DNA of 64,000 nt from an uncultured Actinomycetota bacterium (GCA_963790415.1 CAWBOK010000001.1:770545-834544), one strand, 5' to 3'; shown: positions 9,030 through 19,184, numbered from the stretch's first letter. A program made the numbers and translations. The notes: generated by a model from the letters alone, not told the origin.

Positions 9030-10379
9030 CTACTGCACTACCACGGTCCCCGTCATCGAGGGGTGGATGCCGCAGTGGTACGGCACCGTCCCAGCAGCGG
9101 CGAACGTGAACTGGAACGATTCGCCCGGCGCCACGCTGCCGCTGTCGAACGAGCCGTCGTCGGCCACGATGGTATGGGCCGTCGTGTCCTCGTTGACCCA
9201 GGTCACGGTGTCCCCGGCATTCACCGTGATAGACGCCGGGTCGAAGGCAAGGTTGATGATGGTGACCTGGTCCACGACCGTTGTCGAGGTGGTCGCCGAC
9301 TCAGACGTGGTGGTAGTCGCCGGAGCCTCAGTCGTTGTGGTGGTCGCCGGAGCCTCGGTCGTGGGGGTGGCTGTGGTCGGCGGGGCTGTGGTCGGCGGGG
9401 CTGTCGTCGGAGGCGCCGTGCTCACCGGAGCGGTGCTGCCGTCCGATACCACCACGGCGACGCTCTCACCAGGAGCCACGGAGGTCCCCGCAGCCGGCGA
9501 CTGCGCGACGACCTCGCCCTGGGGCGCACTCGAGGCCGTAGTGCTGGCGGTGCCGGTCAATCCCAAGGCTGCCAGCATGTCTTCAGCCACGTTCTGCTGC
9601 ATGCCCACGAGGTTGGGGACCGCGACGGTGTCCGTGGGTGGTCCCTGGCTCAGTGTCAACGCGACACCGGAGCCTATGTTGGCCTGCGTGCCCCCGACGG
9701 GATCCTGCGCCAGTACGGTGCCTCGGGGCTCGGTGCTCTGTTCCCCTTTGACTCCGCTGATCATGAACCCGGCGGCCTCGAGGGCGTTGACGGCCGGCAA
9801 CGGCAACTGGCCCACCACGTCGGGCACGGTTGCAACAGGGACGTTAGTCGACAGCAGTACGCTCAGCTGGTCGCCCTTCTCAACCGCGGTGCCCGAGGTC
9901 GGATACTGAATCGTGACCAGGCCGGGCGCCACCGCGGTCGTGAACTGGATCCCGCGGACGACGTAAACCATACCTGCTTTCTCAGCCTCAGTCTTGGCCT
10001 GAGCGCTCGAGAGTCCGACGACGGACGGCACGCTGACCCCGCGCGTCAGCACCACGGCAAGGATAGCTACGATGGCCACGACAACGACTGCCACAACCAC
10101 CCAGAACCAGGTACGTTTCCAGAAGGGCTTATCTCCACCCGCCGGGCCGGTTGACATGCCCGTGAATCCGACGCCCGCTCCACCCGCGCCCGTGCCACCT
10201 GTCCCTGGCCCCCCGGGGCTCTTTCCCGGCGGGCGGACAGCCGTGACGTCGGGACCCAATTCAGCACTCGATGCGGCCGCGCCGGCGGCGACCGCCGCGC
10301 CCGCGGCAACAGGAAGCCCGCATTCCTCGCAGGCCTCACTCCCCTCACTGATCGGTGTTCCGCAATTAGCGCATTCCAT
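9030..10379 (-). CDS. zinc-ribbon / TM / 3x PASTA / cupredoxin (type-1 copper) membrane protein
   Basis: ATG at 10379 after GGGAGGA. Domains in order: zinc ribbon MECANCGTPISEGSEACEECG; TM WFWVVVAVVVVAIVAILAVVL; three PASTA-like repeats (VPSVVGLS.., VPDVVGQL.., VPNLVGMQ..); Thr/Pro linker; C-terminal VTWVNEDTTAHT...YHCGIHPSMTG (H, C-x2-H-x2-M ligand pattern). Confidence 0.75.
   Translation of the reverse strand: MECANCGTPISEGSEACEECGLPVAAGAAVAAGAAASSAELGPDVTAVRPPGKSPGGPGTGGTGAGGAGVGFTGMSTGPAGGDKPFWKRTWFWVVVAVVVVAIVAILAVVLTRGVSVPSVVGLSSAQAKTEAEKAGMVYVVRGIQFTTAVAPGLVTIQYPTSGTAVEKGDQLSVLLSTNVPVATVPDVVGQLPLPAVNALEAAGFMISGVKGEQSTEPRGTVLAQDPVGGTQANIGSGVALTLSQGPPTDTVAVPNLVGMQQNVAEDMLAALGLTGTASTTASSAPQGEVVAQSPAAGTSVAPGESVAVVVSDGSTAPVSTAPPTTAPPTTAPPTTATPTTEAPATTTTTEAPATTTTSESATTSTTVVDQVTIINLAFDPASITVNAGDTVTWVNEDTTAHTIVADDGSFDSGSVAPGESFQFTFAAAGTVPYHCGIHPSMTGTVVVQ
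9307..9413 (-). repeat. in-frame tandem repeats encoding the Thr/Pro linker
   Basis: A 27-nt unit occurs twice (9307-9333, 9334-9360; 24/27 identical). A 15-nt unit GGCTGTGGTCGGCGG occurs three times (9369-9413). Together they encode PTTAPPTTAPPTTA... and EAPATTTT repeats. Confidence 0.6.
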
Positions 10380-10514
10380 GAATGGTCCTCCCGACTCGGC
10401 ACTCACCACGAGCCGCAAGGTTCATTGTGCGGCTCGCTCTCACTTCGCTGCTATGGCACTTCGCCACCGACCAGAGATTTCCCCCCTGCGGATTCCATCC
10501 TGGGCCTTCATTCT

Positions 10515-10955
10515 TCATCCGATTCGACGGCCCCAGGCTAGCGACGGGTACGTCACGTCGCGCGCGCCTAGCAGGTACCCGCCGAGCCCCATCACAAAGA
10601 ACTCATGGATCCCCCCGGTATTGCCCGGAAGGACCCCAACGCCGAGGGCGCCGACACCGAACAACACCAGCGAGACGGCGAAGGATCTGCGCCGGTACGC
10701 CGCGTACACGAACACGGCTCCCACGATGATGAGGATGCCGGTGACGATCATGGTGGTATCGAAGATAGCGGCGGAAGGCTGCGCGACGATGCTATGTGGC
10801 GGCTCGGTCCCTCCGAGGTCGCTGATCATGCTTCCGCCGGTGGTGTAGCCGTCCGGGTAGAGCGATTCGGCAGTGATGATGCCCATGAAAGCGCCGGCTC
10901 CGGCGACGAACAGGAGCGCACCGGCGATCCGCGCCGACTTGGTTGACGTGCCCAT
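10515..10955 (-). CDS. DUF998-like membrane protein (short)
   Basis: ATG at 10955 overlaps the upstream stop (ATGA). Several TM segments: IAGALLFVAGAGAFMGIITAESLYPDGY, TTMIVTGILIIVGAVFVYAAY. Confidence 0.5.
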   Translation of the reverse strand: MGTSTKSARIAGALLFVAGAGAFMGIITAESLYPDGYTTGGSMISDLGGTEPPHSIVAQPSAAIFDTTMIVTGILIIVGAVFVYAAYRRRSFAVSLVLFGVGALGVGVLPGNTGGIHEFFVMGLGGYLLGARDVTYPSLAWGRRIG

Positions 10956-11365
10956 CACCGCCTGTAGCTTGCCGGGAATTGCTGAAGCAGCCACAGGTTG
11001 CCGTCGGGGTCGCTGAATTGAGCGTACAAGACGCCCTGCATATCTTCGACCTCGGCTACTTCGACTCCCCGCGCGATCAGCGCCTCCCGAGCCTCGACCA
11101 TGTCTGCCACGACCAGGTGCAGGCCCTTGACCGATCCCGGCTGCATGTCGGAGATCCCCGGCATACCGGTGCCAAATACGATCGAGCACGCCGATCCGGG
11201 TGGCGTGAACTGGATGACTCTCATGGTGTCGATCGGTCGCACGTCGACCTCTAGCTTGAATCCCGCTCTTGCATAGAATTCTTTGGCTCTATCAACGTCG
11301 GAGACAGGTATTGGAACCAACTCGAGTCTCATCTCAGGCATCGTACTAGTGTCGATTGTGGACAT
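10955..11365 (-). CDS. VOC/glyoxalase family protein
   Basis: ATG at 11365 after GAGGAG. LELVPIPVSDVDRAKEFYARAGFKLEVD...FSDPDGNLWLLQQ. Confidence 0.75.
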   Translation of the reverse strand: MSTIDTSTMPEMRLELVPIPVSDVDRAKEFYARAGFKLEVDVRPIDTMRVIQFTPPGSACSIVFGTGMPGISDMQPGSVKGLHLVVADMVEAREALIARGVEVAEVEDMQGVLYAQFSDPDGNLWLLQQFPASYRR

Positions 11366-11534
11366 CGTATGACTCCTCGTTGCCGCCCCGCGGCGCGACT
11401 GGACCGCTCCCGTGGGCGACGGTAGTGGTGGTGTTGCGCACACTAGATCCCCGGATCGGCGATCGGCGAACCGGATCCCTGGGCGGCGTGTCAATCGCCC
11501 GGATCAGCTACGGCTGACGTGATACGGTCTGAAC

Positions 11535-12344
11535 ATGGCCGACTACATCCTGGTTCTCGGTTCGATAGCGATCCTCACCTGCCCGACACTACTCGCGTGG
11601 CGCAGGAAGGCCGGTCCCTCTCGTTCACGCGGCCGCATGATCGGGCGCGCCGCTCTCGCCGTGTCGCTCGCCTCGCTGATCGTTGGTGTCGGCACCTACC
11701 ATATCTCGAAGTCCCGTTCCTTCCAGATAGTCGGCGGGCTCGTGCCGCGCGTGGAAACAACGGAGAAGGTCATAGCCCTCACGTTTGACGACGGACCAGC
11801 GCCAAAGTACACGGAGGAGATCCTCAGCGTCCTTCGGACTCTCGACGCGCCGGCCACCTTCTACCTGACAGGTCGGGAGTGCGACAACAACCCCGAGTTG
11901 CTCCGGGCGATCATCGACGCGGGACACGAAATCGGCAACCACACGTACTCGCACAGGCGCTTGTATTTCACGCCCGAGGCGACAGTGGCCCGCGAAGTGG
12001 AGCGGACGGACGCCATCTTCCGAGCGGCCGGCTACGACGGCCCGGTCACGTTCCGCATGCCCGGCTGCAAGCGCCTGCTCACGACCCCGATCTACCTGAC
12101 GCGCAACAAACGCACGACGGTGACCTGGGACCTTGAGCCCGATTCGATCGCCGGCGTTGCCGATAGCTCCGACGCCATCGTCGACTACGTCGTCGACAAT
12201 GCCCGCCCCGGCTCGATCGTACTGATGCACGTCATGTACGACTCCCGTGAGTCAACCCGCAAGGCACTGCCACGGATCCTGGAACAGCTGTCCGCGGAAG
12301 GCTATCGGTTCGTCACGGTTTCCGAGATGCTCGCTCTGCGCTAG
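11535..12344 (+). CDS. polysaccharide deacetylase (NodB homology domain)
   Basis: 269 aa. TM anchor followed by ALTFDDGP...ATFYLTG...GHEIGNHTYSHRRL motifs. Confidence 0.85.
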   Translation: MADYILVLGSIAILTCPTLLAWRRKAGPSRSRGRMIGRAALAVSLASLIVGVGTYHISKSRSFQIVGGLVPRVETTEKVIALTFDDGPAPKYTEEILSVLRTLDAPATFYLTGRECDNNPELLRAIIDAGHEIGNHTYSHRRLYFTPEATVAREVERTDAIFRAAGYDGPVTFRMPGCKRLLTTPIYLTRNKRTTVTWDLEPDSIAGVADSSDAIVDYVVDNARPGSIVLMHVMYDSRESTRKALPRILEQLSAEGYRFVTVSEMLALR

Positions 12345-12346
12345 CG

Positions 12347-12369
12347 GGCTGCTGAAAGGTGACGCAGCC
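12347..12369. repeat. GGCTGC/GCAGCC hairpin, member of the CTGCTGAA...CAGCCTCC motif family
   Basis: GGCTGC-tgaaaggtgac-GCAGCC followed by TCC, between the convergent deacetylase and amidase genes. Confidence 0.35.
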
Positions 12370-12377
12370 TCCCTGGA

Positions 12378-13772
12378 TCACCTGAGCGGATCGATGGGAG
12401 TCAGCCTGCCCACGACGCCTTCGATGACCTCGGCCGCCTCCAAGCACAGGTCCTCGCGCCACAGATCTGCGTAGATCTGTATCCCTGTCGGCAGGCCGTA
12501 CGCCACTCCCGTCGGCAGCGCCACCGACGGCAGCCCCAGTAGGTTGCCGGGAGTGATGAACCGCACCGTGTCCAGCACCAACCGCACTCCGGTCCCCGGC
12601 TCAAGATCGGCGTCGACCCGCCACGGCAGCTGCGTCCACGTCGGTCCGATCGCCACGGGGTACCGAACGAAGAACTCCGACCAGAGTCTGGCAAGACGCG
12701 AACGTGTGGCATGGATCTCGCTGTTCGCCTTGTCGCGAGCGTGGCTGCTCCTGCAGACATCCATCACGTAGTCGTACACCGGCCTCGTGATCATCGATCG
12801 GATACGTGGCATCAGCACGGAGAAATCGATGGAGAACAGGTCGAGCCACGTCTCGGTCACGAGGTCGAGTTCCGGCGGTTCCACGTGCTCGATCTCCCAT
12901 CCGGCGCCTGCAAGGATCCTGCCGGCGCGTTCGATCTCGGTGACCGTCTCCGGCGGTATCCCGCCGCTGGGGATCCGCGTCACCAAAGCGGCTCTGCGCG
13001 CGACCGGAGCGGGACCTTGCAAAGGCGCGTCAACGGACCGCGGATCGCGGATGTCACGTCCGGCCAGCACCGCCAAGCCGAGCCGCAGATCGGCGACCGA
13101 CCTGGCCATCGGGCCCTCCACGGCCATGACCTGGGTCGCCATCCCCCAGTCCAAAGGGGGGATCGAATTCGCCCGTGGTATGCGACCCACAGTCGGCTTG
13201 AGCGCCGTGATGCCACAACAATAGGCGGGGTTGCGGAGCGACCCGCCGATATCGTTCCCGAGAGCGAAGGGCGTCATACCGGTCGCCAGCGCCGCGGCGT
13301 CACCTCCGCTCGAGCCTCCCGGCGTGAGCAAGGGGTTCCACGGATTGAGGGTCGATCCGCGCAGTGGATTGTCGGTGGACAGCCTGAGAGCGAACTCGGG
13401 GAGGTTGGTCCGGCCCAGCACGATCCCCCCGGCGGCCTTCATCCGCGAGACGACTGGCGCGTCCCTCGACGGCATCGAGTGCTCCAGGGCCGGTACGCCG
13501 TGGGTGGTCGCGGAACCCACGCAGTCGATGTTCTCCTTGACGGTGAACGGTACCCCGTGGAACGGGCCCTTGACTGCGCCGCTGTCGACGGCATCGGCCA
13601 AGTCCGCCGCCGCAAGGGCGGATTCTCTCAGCACCACGGTGACCGCGTTGACATGTCCGTTCACCTCGTCGATGCGCGCGAGATGGGCTGCGACGACTTC
13701 CCGGCTGGACACCTCCCGCGCAGCGATCAATGCGGCCAATTCGGCCGCGGACCGTCTGCAGAGTCCTTCCAT
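12378..13772 (-). CDS. amidase (amidase-signature family)
   Basis: 464 aa. GGSSGG signature in TPGGSSGGDAAALATG and the typical LHGVPFTVKENI segment. Confidence 0.85.
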   Translation of the reverse strand: MEGLCRRSAAELAALIAAREVSSREVVAAHLARIDEVNGHVNAVTVVLRESALAAADLADAVDSGAVKGPFHGVPFTVKENIDCVGSATTHGVPALEHSMPSRDAPVVSRMKAAGGIVLGRTNLPEFALRLSTDNPLRGSTLNPWNPLLTPGGSSGGDAAALATGMTPFALGNDIGGSLRNPAYCCGITALKPTVGRIPRANSIPPLDWGMATQVMAVEGPMARSVADLRLGLAVLAGRDIRDPRSVDAPLQGPAPVARRAALVTRIPSGGIPPETVTEIERAGRILAGAGWEIEHVEPPELDLVTETWLDLFSIDFSVLMPRIRSMITRPVYDYVMDVCRSSHARDKANSEIHATRSRLARLWSEFFVRYPVAIGPTWTQLPWRVDADLEPGTGVRLVLDTVRFITPGNLLGLPSVALPTGVAYGLPTGIQIYADLWREDLCLEAAEVIEGVVGRLTPIDPLR

Positions 13773-13778
13773 CGGTTT

Positions 13779-14246
13779 CTACCTCACGACACGCACGAAC
13801 CGGAAGTCACACTGACTCGAGCCCTCCATGATGGTCTGTGTGCGCTCAAGCCTGATGTCACGGCTGAAGCCCTCGGCCATGGCGAAGTCCCGATTGCAGC
13901 TGAACAGATAGCCGAGTTCGGGGAGTCCCAATTCCTTGTAGAAATCGGCGTATCCGCACCGTGTCACGTTGAACCGAAGCTCGTCGGCCGAACTCACCAC
14001 CGACTCCATCTCCAGACTGCCGCCACCCGAGGCGACACCGAAGACCGCATCCATCCCCGCCAGGTCCGGGCCGAACTGCTGAGCCCATCGCCCTCCGTCT
14101 TCTCGAGCAAGCTCCAAGACGGCCTCACGAGCGATTTCGTTCGCGCGATCCGTTCCGATCGCCCGCTGAAATGCCTGGACCATGGGAATCAGTACCCCGG
14201 CCTCGATCTTTCGGCGTTCAAGATGAGTGATAGTCGGTCCTGACAT
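13779..14246 (-). CDS. L-2-amino-thiazoline-4-carboxylic acid hydrolase-like protein
   Basis: ATG at 14246 after GGGAGG. FNVTRCGYADFYKELGLPELGYLFSCNRDFAMAEGF...QCDFRF resembles the ATC-hydrolase family. Confidence 0.6.
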   Translation of the reverse strand: MSGPTITHLERRKIEAGVLIPMVQAFQRAIGTDRANEIAREAVLELAREDGGRWAQQFGPDLAGMDAVFGVASGGGSLEMESVVSSADELRFNVTRCGYADFYKELGLPELGYLFSCNRDFAMAEGFSRDIRLERTQTIMEGSSQCDFRFVRVVR

Positions 14247-14362
14247 CCGCGCCTCCCTCTTTATCGGTACCACATCCTACCCCGAGTCGGTGAGACGTGA
14301 CCCTCTCTGCAGCGAACCCGCCGAAGAGCTATCCTATGGGGGCGCGTCAAGAAGGAGTCGCG

Positions 14363-15472
14363 ATGCAGCCTGGTGGATACTGCGAGATGTGCTCGCGTTG
14401 GGTGTGGGTGAACGGCCGGGGTGAGTGCCAGTTCGGCCACCCGGCGAGCGCCGTCCGTGAGGTCCAGCCGCTCAAGCCGCGGAGCGGAGAGGATCGCGCG
14501 CCCACGAGTTCGGCCGCGGGGTCTACGTCGTTGGTCCTCGCGACCCCGGGCGCCCTCGCTGCTATGAACGTCGGCACGCCCACTCCCGACGCGCCTCCCG
14601 CGGCGGCCCGTCCCTACATCGGCCCGTTCCCGCCCCGAAAGCGCTCGACCGGCCGGTGGTGGTGGCGCCACTCCCTGTGGATCGTATGGACATTCTCCCT
14701 CGGCCTGTTCAACTGGCTAGCCTTCCTGTACATCGGAGTGCGGGCACGGCGGTGGCTGTGGCTGCTCGCGAGCCTCGTCTACCTGCTCCCCATCGCCCTC
14801 ACCGTCGCCTCCGTGGGCAGTGGATACCTGGGCCTCGCCGTCGGCTTCCAGCTGTTCATGTCAGGCGTGTCCATGCTGCACGCGTTCGTGGCACGGCCCC
14901 GGTACCGGGCCATCATGTTCGGCGATCCCCCGAGTGGGACAGCTCCCGCCCCGCCACCGGTCCTGGTCCGCACCCCGCGCGCCGCTCTTCCTCGGGGGCT
15001 CGACGACGACGTTGCCACGGTGATCCGGGACGCGCAGACCCAGGTGGACGAGATCGCCGCCGTGGCTGAGGCGATCGAGAAGCCCGACGTCCGCCGAAAG
15101 GTCACCGTCTTGTGCCGGACCGCGGAGAGCATCCTGCTGGAACTGCGCAACGAGCCGGGCCAGGTGTCGCTGGCCAGACCCTTCCTGAGCTACTACCTGG
15201 AAGCGGCCAATCGCATCGTTCGCGGCTACGTCGATCTGTCTCTGCGGAACCTCGATTCCCTCGATGCGCGCACCACGCGCGCGCGGGCCGAGGCCTCCCT
15301 CGACAGCATCCAGCGGGCATTCGACAGCCAGTTGGCCGGTCTCCTGCAACACCAGGTGCTCGACCTGGACAGCGAGATCGCCCTGCTCGAGAAGACGGTG
15401 CAGATGGACACGTTGATGAGCATGCCCATGTCACGTCCCGACCCCGTACCCAAGACTGGGGGAGCCAGATGA
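14363..15472 (+). CDS. zinc-ribbon / TM / XpaC-like (5-bromo-4-chloroindolyl phosphate hydrolysis) protein
   Basis: ATG at 14363 after GAAGGAG. CEMCSRWVWVNGRGECQFGH, then 3 TM segments, then a C-terminal helical domain LCRTAESILLELRNEPGQVSLARPFLSYYLEAANRIVRGY. Its stop overlaps the telA start. Confidence 0.65.
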   Translation: MQPGGYCEMCSRWVWVNGRGECQFGHPASAVREVQPLKPRSGEDRAPTSSAAGSTSLVLATPGALAAMNVGTPTPDAPPAAARPYIGPFPPRKRSTGRWWWRHSLWIVWTFSLGLFNWLAFLYIGVRARRWLWLLASLVYLLPIALTVASVGSGYLGLAVGFQLFMSGVSMLHAFVARPRYRAIMFGDPPSGTAPAPPPVLVRTPRAALPRGLDDDVATVIRDAQTQVDEIAAVAEAIEKPDVRRKVTVLCRTAESILLELRNEPGQVSLARPFLSYYLEAANRIVRGYVDLSLRNLDSLDARTTRARAEASLDSIQRAFDSQLAGLLQHQVLDLDSEIALLEKTVQMDTLMSMPMSRPDPVPKTGGAR

Positions 15473-16725
15473 ACGACGAGACCCACCCGGCAGGATCCGA
15501 CCCGTCGCCCCCGTACGCGGCCCCTTCCGGCCCGCCGGCGTCCACGGACCCTGCTCCCGGCGGCCCCGGAAACGAGTTGGTCCCTGCGGCCGGGGCCCAC
15601 GGCGGGCCGGTGCCCGCGGTCGGCGTCGTGAGCGCGGTAGTCTCCGCGGAAGCCCCCGGCGGAGTACCCGGCGCCGAGGCCGCGACCACACGGGCTCTGA
15701 CCGCGGAAGAACGCCTCCGCGTAGACAAGATCAAGGAGACGGTGGACATCACCGACCCGAACATGGTGATCCAGTACGGCCTCCCGGCGCAGAGCAAGAT
15801 CGCCGCCTTCGCCGACTCCCTGCTCGCCGACCTGCGGACCAAAGACGCCGACGCCGCCGGGGAGGCCATGACCGAGCTCCTCGCCAAGGTGAAAGAGCTC
15901 GACGTCGACGGACTCACCAAGGGGTCCCAGGGATCGCGCATCCCCCTCGTGGGGCGGTTCGTAGACCGCGTCAAGCGCTTCGATGCCCGCTACGAGAAGC
16001 TGTCCGTGACGGTGGACAAGCTCCTGACAGTCCTCGAGCGCACCCGCATGGGCCTGCTCAAGGACATCACCGTGCTGGACAAGATGTACGAACTCAACCT
16101 CGACCACCTGCGGCAACTCGACCTCTATATCCAGGCCGGTGGAGAGATGCTCGAGGAGCTCGAGACGACACGGGTGCCGAGCCTCGAGTTGGAGGCCCGC
16201 ACCACGAGCGACGCCCTCGCGGCCCAACGGCTCGCCGACCTCCGCCAGAGCGTCACCCGCTTCGAACGGCGCCTTCACGACCTCAAGCTGACGCGCATGA
16301 TCTCCATCCAGACGGCGCCCCAGGTCCGCCTCATCCAGGGGAACGACCAGAATCTCGTGGAGAAGATCCAGAGTTCCATCACCACCACGGTCCCCTTGTG
16401 GAAGAACCAGATCGTCATCGCGCTCAGCCTCTACCGCCAGCAGCAGGCCCTCGCCCTCCAGCGGGCGGTCACGGACACGGCGAACGAGCTCCTGGTCAAG
16501 AACGCCGAGCTCCTGCGCACAGGTTCGGCCGACGTGGCCCGCGAGACCGAGCGCGGCATCGTCGACGTCGAGTCGCTCCAGAAGGTCAATGACGAGTTGA
16601 TCGCGACGCTCGAAGAGACGATCCGGATCCAGGAGGAGGGCCACACGCGCAGGTTACAGGCGGAGGGCGAACTCCTCAGACTGCAGAGCGATCTCAGGCA
16701 GAAGCTGGTGGAGATCCGGGGGTAG
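15469..16725 (+). CDS. telA: TelA-family toxic anion resistance protein
   Basis: ATGA overlap with the upstream gene. VIQYGLPAQSKIAAFADSLL...KYEKLSVTVDKLLTVLERTRMGLLKDITVLDKMYE is typical TelA. Confidence 0.8.
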   Translation: MNDETHPAGSDPSPPYAAPSGPPASTDPAPGGPGNELVPAAGAHGGPVPAVGVVSAVVSAEAPGGVPGAEAATTRALTAEERLRVDKIKETVDITDPNMVIQYGLPAQSKIAAFADSLLADLRTKDADAAGEAMTELLAKVKELDVDGLTKGSQGSRIPLVGRFVDRVKRFDARYEKLSVTVDKLLTVLERTRMGLLKDITVLDKMYELNLDHLRQLDLYIQAGGEMLEELETTRVPSLELEARTTSDALAAQRLADLRQSVTRFERRLHDLKLTRMISIQTAPQVRLIQGNDQNLVEKIQSSITTTVPLWKNQIVIALSLYRQQQALALQRAVTDTANELLVKNAELLRTGSADVARETERGIVDVESLQKVNDELIATLEETIRIQEEGHTRRLQAEGELLRLQSDLRQKLVEIRG

Positions 16726-16894
16726 GCGGCTGCGGGGCTCGCCCCACATGGGGCCGCCGCGAACCCGTCCTACCGGCCAGGTCGAAGTCCCCCCTCGAGG
16801 CTCGGCTGAAGTCAGGCCACCCGGCTGAATCCGTGGTGCCCTCGCGAACGTATCGTTGATGCAGGAAGCATCCACGGAGAGCGGGGGTAGGATC

Positions 16895-19126
16895 ATGTCA
16901 TCGCAGTCATTTCTCGAATCCCTTGCCCGGCGGTGCGGCGCCCATCCCTGGCGCACGCTGTCTGCTTGGGCGGTGGCGTTGGTCGTCGCCGTGGCGCTGA
17001 CCGTGACGTTGCTCGGCGGCGCCCTCACCAGCGATGGCGCCGCGACCAACAACCCCGAGTCCGATCGGGCAGACAAGCTGATCAGCGCACGGCTCCACAC
17101 TGAGGACACCATCAACGAACTGGTCGTGCTGAAATCGACGGAGCGCACCGTGGACGACCCCGTCTTCCAGCAGCGCGCCAACGCCATGTTGGCCGCGGCC
17201 ATCGCGCTCGGACCCGACGTGGTCAAGGGGGGCGCTACCTACACCATGGTGCCCGACCCGTCTTTGATCTCCCGTGACCGTCACGCCACGGTCGTACCAG
17301 TGTCGATGACCGGCAGCCAGAGCGAGATCGAGAAGAACGTCGACGAACTGTCGGCGGCCGTCAAGAAGGCGGGCCAGGGGAACGGCTTCGAGGTGCTCGT
17401 CACCGGCGGGCCCAGCATCAACCGAGACTTTACCCAGATCGGCGAGAGCGACCTGAAGAGCGGCGAGGTGTTCGGCGTAGGAGTGGCCCTGGTCATCCTC
17501 GTACTCGTATTCGGAGCGCTCGTGGCCGCCGGCATCCCCCTCCTACTGTCGGTGGTCTCCATCGTGATCGCCATGGGCATGGCCGCCGTCGCCGGGCAGT
17601 TCCTTGAGCTCAGCACGTTCATCACCAACATGATCACCATGATCGGTCTGGCGATGGGTATCGACTACTCTCTCTTCATCGTCTCCCGCTACCGCGAAGA
17701 GCGGGGCGCGGGCCGGCCCAAGCTCGATGCGATCGCCCGCACCGGCGGGACGGCCGGCCGGGCCGTGCTCTTCAGCGGGGGCTCGGTCATCGTGGCTCTC
17801 GGCGGTCTGCTGCTCGTGCCCATGAGCATCTTCCACAGCATGGCCCTGGGCGCGATGTTCGCGGTGATGGGCGCCATCCTCGCCGCCCTCACGCTGCTGC
17901 CCGCCCTGCTCGGGCTCCTTGGCGACCGGGTGAACAGCCTCCGCGTCCCCTTCCTCAAGAGCGCCCGCAACGACGGACACCCCGGAGAGACCGGCTTCTG
18001 GCATCGGATCGCCCACGGCGTGATGGCCCGCCCGGTCGTCAGCCTGACCGTCGCGTGCCTCGTGCTCCTGGTGGCGGGTAGCTTCTACTTCCAGCTGGAT
18101 GAAGGATCCGTCGGTGTCGACACCCTTCCCGCAGACAAAGAGTCTCGGCAGGCGTATGACCTCCTGTCCACGGACTTCCCCTCCTCCCTGATGGCCAACG
18201 TCCAGATCGCCGTGGACGGCGCCGCCGCCGATCCGGCCGTCAAGCAGGCGGTAGCCTCCCTCACGGCCGCCATCGAGGCGGACCCCGCCTTCGAGGGCGC
18301 CATCACCACCACGACCAGCCCGGCCGGTGACCTGACCGTGCTCACCTTCCCGCAGGCGTCCGGGCAGACCGACGAGCAGGCCCGGGGGGCCGTTGGGCGG
18401 CTGCGGACCCAGGTGATCCCGCAGGCCTTCGCCGGCGTCCCCGCCACCGCGCTCGTCACCGGACAGGCCGCCTACGGGGTCGACTATCTGGCCACCATCG
18501 ACCAGTACACTCCTTGGGTGTTCCTGTTCGTGCTGGGCCTCAGCTTTATCTTCCTCACCGCAGTCTTCCGGTCGCTCGTGGTGCCGCTGAAAGCCATCCT
18601 CATGAACCTGCTGTCAGTGGGCGCCGCCTACGGGCTCCTGGTGATCGTGTTCCAGAAGGGATGGGGCGCGGGGTTGCTCGGTCTACAGCAGGTGGACTAC
18701 ATCGAGGCATGGATCCCGCTCTTCCTGTTCGCGATCCTCTTCGGCACCTCCATGGACTACCACGTCTTCCTGCTCAGCCGCATCCGCGAGCGCTTCGACG
18801 ACGGACACAGCAACACCGACTCGGTCGCCTTCGGATTGGGATCGACCGCGAAGATCATCACCGGCGCGGCGATCATCATGGTGGCGGTGTTCAGTGGTTT
18901 CGCCTCCGGCAGTCTCGTCATGTTCCAGCAACTCGGGTTCGGGTTGGCGGTGGCCGTGCTCCTCGACGCCACCATCGTCCGCACCGTGCTCGTGCCGTCC
19001 GCCATGCGCCTGCTCGGCGATGCCAACTGGTGGCTGCCCAAACACCTCAACTGGCTGCCCGACCTGCGCGTGGAGCGTAGCACCCGGCCGAAGCCCACCA
19101 CTCCGGTGGTGAGTACCGATAGCTAG
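16895..19126 (+). CDS. MMPL-family (RND superfamily) membrane transporter
   Basis: About 743 aa. Two 6-TM blocks with the repeated GIDYSLFIVSRYREE / SMDYHVFLLSRIRE motifs. Confidence 0.85.
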   Translation: MSSQSFLESLARRCGAHPWRTLSAWAVALVVAVALTVTLLGGALTSDGAATNNPESDRADKLISARLHTEDTINELVVLKSTERTVDDPVFQQRANAMLAAAIALGPDVVKGGATYTMVPDPSLISRDRHATVVPVSMTGSQSEIEKNVDELSAAVKKAGQGNGFEVLVTGGPSINRDFTQIGESDLKSGEVFGVGVALVILVLVFGALVAAGIPLLLSVVSIVIAMGMAAVAGQFLELSTFITNMITMIGLAMGIDYSLFIVSRYREERGAGRPKLDAIARTGGTAGRAVLFSGGSVIVALGGLLLVPMSIFHSMALGAMFAVMGAILAALTLLPALLGLLGDRVNSLRVPFLKSARNDGHPGETGFWHRIAHGVMARPVVSLTVACLVLLVAGSFYFQLDEGSVGVDTLPADKESRQAYDLLSTDFPSSLMANVQIAVDGAAADPAVKQAVASLTAAIEADPAFEGAITTTTSPAGDLTVLTFPQASGQTDEQARGAVGRLRTQVIPQAFAGVPATALVTGQAAYGVDYLATIDQYTPWVFLFVLGLSFIFLTAVFRSLVVPLKAILMNLLSVGAAYGLLVIVFQKGWGAGLLGLQQVDYIEAWIPLFLFAILFGTSMDYHVFLLSRIRERFDDGHSNTDSVAFGLGSTAKIITGAAIIMVAVFSGFASGSLVMFQQLGFGLAVAVLLDATIVRTVLVPSAMRLLGDANWWLPKHLNWLPDLRVERSTRPKPTTPVVSTDS

Positions 19127-19154
19127 CAACCGCTGCGAGGGAGCATCGAAGCAG

Positions 19155-19184
19155 GGCGGGGCCTTCGCGGGCCCCGCCTTTTTT
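19155..19184 (+). terminator. rho-independent terminator
   Basis: GGCGGGGCC-ttcgcg-GGCCCCGCC followed by TTTTTT. Confidence 0.85.

Noticed and set aside
9307-9413. Tandem repeats that could be mistaken for a CRISPR or minisatellite array
   Set aside because: The units are contiguous (no spacers), in frame, and encode the Thr/Pro linker of the PASTA-cupredoxin protein.
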